Source of the DNA: a virus
Taxonomy: Duplodnaviria; Caudoviricetes
Virus record (IMG/VR): IMGVR_UViG_3300037604_000080
Span: 1-42,151 of that record
Strand: one strand, 5' to 3'
Length of the DNA: 42,151 nt
Each line of letters opens with the position of its first letter. Position 1 is the stretch's first letter. The translations under genes and the position numbers were made by a program. Below, one piece after another: positions 37,319 through 42,151 of the stretch. The notes beneath the pieces are model-generated. The model ran no database searches, was not told the origin of the DNA, and saw nothing but the letters and a program-made list of their open reading frames with translations.

Positions 37319-37441
37319 ATTCAGCCTTAAAAAAATTGTATTTTGGTCAGCCGGATCTGCCTCGTCTTGCGATCTCACCGGCTATTTGTCGATTGCAGGT
37401 CATGGTTGCCAGAAACTGGATTCGGGTCAACCGTCGACCAT

Positions 37442-37610
37442 TCTGAACGGCGACCTGACCCGCCAGATGCACAACAGCTATTCGCGCCGGGGCGGGATCA
37501 CGCCCGACCTGTCCGAGGTCGTGGCGGCGGCCCGCGGCGCCGCGCCCGCGCGCGCCTGGGTCGAGGCGCACCATGACGTCCGCACCATCGTTCCGGAGTT
37601 GCTGAGATGA
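37442..37610 (+). pseudogene. 3' remnant of a phage gene, possibly a glycosyltransferase
   Basis: Abrupt return to high GC without a good start; ...ARAWVEAHHDVRTIV.. resembles GT-B C-termini; ATGA-coupled to the next gene. Confidence 0.4.
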
Positions 37611-38170
37611 GAACCTGCCTTGTGCTGGGCGGCGGTGGCACGCTGCAGGATGACATTGCCGCCTATGGTGGCCCGGTCGACGGCGCGATCGCGGCGAATG
37701 ACGCGGGCATGGTCTGGCCGGGAGGGCTGGACGCCTGGGTGTCGCTGCACGCGACGCACTGGATCGGCCGGGGATGGGTGCAGGGGCGCGCCGATCGCGG
37801 CTATCCGCCCGCGAGGCGCCACCTGGGCCACGGTGCGGCGGGGCGCTGTCACACGGGCAAGGAGCTGCCCGAGGGGACGGAGTTCATCCCCTACAAGTTC
37901 CCGGGCCAGACGAGATCCGGATCATCCGGCCTGTTCGCGGCCAAGGTCGCGCTGATCGACATGGGATTCGACCGGGTCGTCCTGTGCGGCGTGCCGATGG
38001 ATGACCGCCCGCACTACTGGGATGACGGACGCCAGCCCTGGAAGGCCTGCGAGACCTTCCGGCCCGCCTGGCAGGCGCTGGCCCCGGAGTATCGTGCGCG
38101 GATGCGGTCGATGTCCGGCTGGATGCGGGAGCTGTTGGGAGGGGTGATGGGCTGGAGGGGGGCGGTGTAA
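37607..38170 (+). CDS. CstII/Maf(DUF115)-like Rossmann-fold protein, putative glycosyltransferase
   Basis: CLVLGGG.TL...AAN...SGSSGLFAAKVAL..GFDRVVLCGVPM parallels the GxGPS...N...SG......A..LGY..IYL.G.D pattern. Confidence 0.6.
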   Translation: MRTCLVLGGGGTLQDDIAAYGGPVDGAIAANDAGMVWPGGLDAWVSLHATHWIGRGWVQGRADRGYPPARRHLGHGAAGRCHTGKELPEGTEFIPYKFPGQTRSGSSGLFAAKVALIDMGFDRVVLCGVPMDDRPHYWDDGRQPWKACETFRPAWQALAPEYRARMRSMSGWMRELLGGVMGWRGAV

Positions 38171-38198
38171 GGAGCTCCCCATCGCCGATTGATACCCG

Positions 38199-38657
38199 CT
38201 AATGAATGGAACGCCGCAAGCGCTGGATTTGATGAACCAAAACGTACGCTGAACTTTCGATAGTCGCTGTTCTCCCGTACTCAGCCTCACGTTTAACTGT
38301 GGCGAAATTTCCATCTGTACAAGCTCGGTCAAAGCTGTTCATAGAAATTCGTGCTTCAGCCAATGTTTCTGCGTGATCTTTAAAAAGCTCGTCTATCGTG
38401 GCCCCGATAAATAACAAGCGACCAGATATCGCTCCCTCATTCGAGCTTTCTTTTCCGCTGGAGCACCAATATTTTATGGCGAGATCTCTGACTTCGAACG
38501 TGACAACTTTAATGACATCCACATCGGCATCACGCTGCTCTGAAACACGTTTTCGAGAGCCGAAAATATTATCAATAAAGCTCTCGAGTACCTTAATTGT
38601 GCCGGCAGATACGGCACCGATTACGGCGGATAACCACCACGAGATTTCTCCGTCCAA
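38199..38657 (-). CDS. Membrane-anchored helical protein, third gene of the STAS-kinase operon
   Basis: TTG start with GAGG RBS 6 nt after the DUF4325 stop; N-terminal hydrophobic helix. Confidence 0.7.
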   Translation of the reverse strand: MDGEISWWLSAVIGAVSAGTIKVLESFIDNIFGSRKRVSEQRDADVDVIKVVTFEVRDLAIKYWCSSGKESSNEGAISGRLLFIGATIDELFKDHAETLAEARISMNSFDRACTDGNFATVKREAEYGRTATIESSAYVLVHQIQRLRRSIH

Positions 38658-38663
38658 TAGCCT

Positions 38664-39005
38664 CTACCCCGTTACCTTCGGGCGGGCCGTGCGGATATAA
38701 TCTTTGATTTGCGATACGAAGCGTTGAAAGCCTGGTTGTTCTGCCTTGAATTTAAAGGTCGCTAGAACGTCTTCTGCGGAGAAACCTTCTTCACGAATGA
38801 GACCTCCGAAAGCCTCCTCGAGAAACGACGAGGGATAGCCGGCTGCTCCATCCAGCTCAATCACGACTTTGTCGCTTTCCTTTTGGGTAAGATGCGGCAG
38901 CAGGAACTTCTTCCTGAAAGTTGTTCCGTTCCCTTCCCCATCCTCCTCGTAGCGTCCGCCGAGGTAAGGCGTATAGTCAGCAGCGATATTGATGGTTCTG
39001 ATCAT
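38664..39005 (-). CDS. STAS-like DUF4325 protein
   Basis: GGRY..DG..NG..FRKKFL...VVIELDG..GYPSSFLEEAFGGL. Confidence 0.85.
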   Translation of the reverse strand: MIRTINIAADYTPYLGGRYEEDGEGNGTTFRKKFLLPHLTQKESDKVVIELDGAAGYPSSFLEEAFGGLIREEGFSAEDVLATFKFKAEQPGFQRFVSQIKDYIRTARPKVTG

Positions 39006-39018
39006 GATTCTACCAAAC

Positions 39019-40119
39019 CTAAGAGAAGTGGACAGGTATCGTCCATTCGATTAAGGTGCCCCCTAGATGAAGTGTTTCGTCCTTCAGAACGTGCTCATTC
39101 TCTACTTTATATAGTAAACTTCCACGCCCACTCAATATCCTGACTTCAGCGCTGGTGAAGCCGTCGACCACCCCTACAATGTCCTGGAGGCCTTTCCCGT
39201 GCCCGCCATCCAGAGACGTACGATCGACTTCAAGTGCTGCTTTGATCATGCGTGATTGGTCATTTAGCGTGTCTCCGACATTGAACGGGAGATGCGCCAG
39301 TATCCCGCGGACCTTCTCCCAACCCTCCCAACGCGGTAAGGTTTCAACTATGCCTACCCCTTGATCGTAAACGAGGAACTTAACGCAGTTTGCTGCCGGA
39401 TCAAGGCTCGCAGTTGCCCACCAACCTTTTACTACCGGAGGGAAGCGCCATCTGTACCCGTCTGGGTACGCATGTTTCCCGACGTTGTAGGCGGCTTCTA
39501 CTAACGCTCCGTAAATGGTGGGATCGCTGTGTAGAGCTTCAGAGATTTTTGAGAGCGAAGCCAGTAGGCGTTGGTCTAGCTCTGTATTAGAGATCATCGG
39601 TAGGACGGTAACGGTCGTCATTTCGTCATTGATCTTGGTTGACGCTATTTGGCTATCTGAAACGTCAAGTAGTTCAAAAAATCCCAAGCTCTCCAAGAGG
39701 TCACGAACTTCAGGATTCCACATTCGAAGGTTGCGGGGGCGCATGCGTCGGCCAGTGAATTTTCTCCAGCGATCGATCTCTGCCGCCAAAACAAGTGCAC
39801 CAGCAACTGAGACGGTTTCAATAGCAGCAATATCTATGGCTACTGGCTGCCGGTTCCCTTGTTTATTAGCAGGTTTGAAAACGGAGCTCTTTAGAAGTTG
39901 TAGGCAAGATACGGTTTCATCATAATTGTTTGAAAAGTTAAAATTTTTCGGCGGGGTTATGCAAATCTCTTTGATAGGCGGTCGTGCTACTCGTCCGCTA
40001 CTTGGGGCGCTCCGACGAAGCCTGCTGTTCCTACGAGTGCGTTTCCGCCAGGCGGCAAGCTGGCGCCGGGCTTCTTTCCTTAACTCGGATTTCGTCTTTC
40101 TCTTCAAGTTGATCCCCAA
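39019..40119 (-). CDS. STAS-like domain fused to GHKL/HATPase (SpoIIAB/RsbW-type kinase fold)
   Basis: STAS-like IDIAAIETVSVAGALVL; N box EAAYNVGKHAY; G1 YDQGVGI; G2 GHGKGL; G3 GGTLIEW. Start codon uncertain. Confidence 0.85.
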   Translation of the reverse strand: MGINLKRKTKSELRKEARRQLAAWRKRTRRNSRLRRSAPSSGRVARPPIKEICITPPKNFNFSNNYDETVSCLQLLKSSVFKPANKQGNRQPVAIDIAAIETVSVAGALVLAAEIDRWRKFTGRRMRPRNLRMWNPEVRDLLESLGFFELLDVSDSQIASTKINDEMTTVTVLPMISNTELDQRLLASLSKISEALHSDPTIYGALVEAAYNVGKHAYPDGYRWRFPPVVKGWWATASLDPAANCVKFLVYDQGVGIVETLPRWEGWEKVRGILAHLPFNVGDTLNDQSRMIKAALEVDRTSLDGGHGKGLQDIVGVVDGFTSAEVRILSGRGSLLYKVENEHVLKDETLHLGGTLIEWTIPVHFS

Positions 40120-40296
40120 TAAATTTTTTTAGATATGTAGGCAGCAGCGTGATTGCATCGAACGAGGATTTAGGTTCACAGGTGGCGGCACTATATTCTT
40201 CTTCATGGACAGTCCAGACATCTCTGCAACCAAGTCGATACCGTCGCACCTGTTTGTTTGGCGGGTTACGGCCTCACGATGCTCTGACGAACGGAA

Positions 40297-40495
40297 ATGA
40301 TCTACCTTTGGTTCAAATGCGCCGCCTGCGGGTTCGAGAACAGCATTCCCGGCCCCGGAAGAGAGCCACGGCCTGTTGCGTGACCAGATCCTGCGGCGCT
40401 GTCAGTGTCGCCGCTGCCGCCATGTCGGCGCCTCCGACATGCATCGGCTCTACGTTCCCAGGACCGATGCACTGTGGGGGACGCGGATGGAGTGA
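40297..40495 (+). pseudogene. Frameshifted small Zn-ribbon protein gene
   Basis: Removing one base near 40351 gives MIYLWFKCAACGFENSIPAPEESHGLLRDQILRRCQCRRCRHVGASDMHRLYVPRTDALWGTRME, with two CxxC motifs. Confidence 0.6.
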
Positions 40496-40513
40496 CTTGG
40501 GGCAGGTGCGTTC

Positions 40514-40849
40514 CCCAGATTCTCAATTTGTTTCAGGTTAGCCGTTATATCGCCACCGCGGCGGGCACTCTGTTCCGTTACACCCTCGCGGCCATCCATC
40601 GGCTACGTGCGCCACCGATTTTAACATGACTGTGTCAGCGATAAAACCTGAACGAACGTGGCTCGGTTGGTCTGTCCAATCGGGTGTCGAACGGAGAAAA
40701 TTCCGGGTCGGCCCTGTCGCCGGGACCATAAATCGCAGTCAGCTCGTATCTCAGATGCCCGAACCGCGGTCTGGCGTGGCCAAGAGGCTTGATAGGTTCC
40801 CAGAACGGCGGCATGATGCAATTGACGGCGTTCTACTTGGGAATGTCGG
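40514..40849 (+). mobile_element. IS1380-family 3' remnant (transposase C-terminus plus right IR)
   Basis: FQV...LF...LAAIHRLRAPP* (stop at 40629) matches the IS1380 transposase C-terminus. The end CTTGGGAATGTCGG matches the right end of the 7812-8174 element (CTTGGAGAATGTCGG). Confidence 0.7.
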
Positions 40850-40888
40850 ATTACCGAGACCTGCTGCATATCCACAGAGAGAATTCCG

Positions 40889-42151
40889 ATGCCCTTTTTC
40901 CGCACGACTTTTTTGAAGTTTGTTTGCAGCGCCTTGCCGCTCCTTATTCTGTCTTTCCCCTGCGCCGGCCACGCCCAAAACGGTTCTACGCCGGGGCTTG
41001 GCATAGGCGGGCTCAGCGAAAATGCCACCTGGCAGCGATACTTTGCAGGCCGATTTGGACCAGGCCAGGACTCGACCGGCGAGAGGATCGTCGCGCTACA
41101 CGCGTTCTACGGACTCACGCTTGCCTATTCCCGCGCCAACTGGGACAGCGGCGATGACTGCCGCTATTCTGGCGACAGTTCCGGGGAGATCACGACCGAT
41201 TTCGGCAACGGCTCACACTCCGGCCCACGGACCGTATATTTCGACCCGGATCATTCCGGCACCCTGAGAGGCGTGGTCGAGGCGCGGCTGGATGTGCGGA
41301 CGTGGGTTCGGGATGGCGCGCGGATCGTGGATGCGGACGGATGCGCCGGGCCAAAGGTGGCTGTGCTGCGCGAAAACCTCTGGCGCTATCTTGTCGGCCG
41401 CGATCCCATGACGCCCTCCGAAATTGCCGCCCTGCCACAGGCGCGCAGCGCGCCCGGACCGATTGGCGAACGCCCGTTCAAACCCATGGTGGCCAATTGG
41501 ATGCCGTTCGTGGACGCTTGCCTGCAATTTCACAAGCGACTTGGTAAGGCCAGCGACTACATCACCCTGGGCTGCGTCTGCACCGAGCATGTGACACAGG
41601 AAACCGGCAACATCGCGCTCTACCAGCAAATGACCTCGGGCTATGCCGAAGCGCGGTCACGTGGCATGCCGCCTCTCTGGGTCGAACGTTACAATGCGCT
41701 GTGCGGCGATGATGCCGCCAAAAAATCGGATCGGATCCGCGACAATTTCGCCCTGCTCGCGCCAGGCTCGCCGCTTCTGCCTGCGGCGATGGCGGGGCCT
41801 GCGCTCGAAGGCGACTGGAAATCCGCCGTGCTGGACTGCGTGGATAACCTCGGTACCTTCTACCTCGACAATGGCTACACCTTCAGCGGCATCAGCATCG
41901 GGGCAACCTGTGTCTGCACAGAAGCAGCGGCAGCGCAGGTTGGCGACCGCGATCTCTATGACAGCCTCTTGCGCGCGGATTTCGACACGGCGAAGCAAAG
42001 CGCCTCCTATACCGCGTTCATGCAGAAGAGGCCTGAGCTCTGCGATCTGGTTCCCGACCAGGCACGGATGCTAAACGACACGGTTCGCGACCGCCTTGCA
42101 GAGATCGTCGAGACACGCGGTCTGACCGACGAGGCGCCCTTCCGACCGTGA
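40889..42151 (+). CDS. Secreted Cys-rich protein: unnamed domain plus two CVCTE repeats
   Basis: Signal peptide ending ..CAGHA; repeats W...V..C...CVCTE.....G...LY...LC at about 41494-41706 and 41812-42045. Confidence 0.75.
   Translation: MPFFRTTFLKFVCSALPLLILSFPCAGHAQNGSTPGLGIGGLSENATWQRYFAGRFGPGQDSTGERIVALHAFYGLTLAYSRANWDSGDDCRYSGDSSGEITTDFGNGSHSGPRTVYFDPDHSGTLRGVVEARLDVRTWVRDGARIVDADGCAGPKVAVLRENLWRYLVGRDPMTPSEIAALPQARSAPGPIGERPFKPMVANWMPFVDACLQFHKRLGKASDYITLGCVCTEHVTQETGNIALYQQMTSGYAEARSRGMPPLWVERYNALCGDDAAKKSDRIRDNFALLAPGSPLLPAAMAGPALEGDWKSAVLDCVDNLGTFYLDNGYTFSGISIGATCVCTEAAAAQVGDRDLYDSLLRADFDTAKQSASYTAFMQKRPELCDLVPDQARMLNDTVRDRLAEIVETRGLTDEAPFRP

Larger units (their letters stand above)
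1..40500. mobile_element. Lambdoid siphovirus prophage (right boundary uncertain; may extend to window end)
   Basis: Complete ordered modules: integrase, immunity switch, replication, cos/terminase, head, tail and lysis. attL lies outside the window, so attR cannot be matched. Confidence 0.93.

Noticed and set aside
39019-40119. Classical two-component sensor histidine kinase
   Set aside because: No TM or sensor region, no HisKA H-box and no response regulator; the partner is a STAS protein.
40120-40520. attR site or tRNA fragment
   Set aside because: No tRNA-like sequence recognised, and attL is outside the window, so no repeat can be matched.

Overview
The window is an apparently near-complete temperate siphovirus prophage of an alphaproteobacterial host, probably Rhodobacteraceae. 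The host call is an inference from GC-rich codon usage and GapR-, GcrA- and CtrA-like genes. The window is cut at the integrase stop codon and at the last ORF's stop codon, so attL is not visible. The layout is lambdoid: integrase/excisionase; early-left operon; cI/cro switch with visible operators; CII-like gene; replication initiator with internal iterons; late promoter/terminator; a lambda-like cos site; Nu1/gpA terminase, gpW, portal and S49 protease/scaffold; Mu gpT-type major capsid; non-contractile tail with a -1 frameshift chaperone; beta-helix tailspike; holin, endolysin and spanins. Lower-GC accessory loci carry the most interesting content. First, a three-gene STAS-GHKL kinase / DUF4325 STAS / membrane-anchored helical protein operon (38.2-40.1 kb) is a candidate partner-switching anti-phage system. 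Second, three modular secreted proteins share PDZ domains or an unnamed Cys-containing domain; two of them sit directly downstream of IS1380 right-end remnants, and one occupies the lambda rexAB position. The early region also encodes an FtsK-gamma/GapR fusion plus GcrA-like and CtrA-like DNA-binding proteins, and the origin iterons contain CcrM (GANTC) sites. All family assignments come from recognising motifs by eye; no database search was run.
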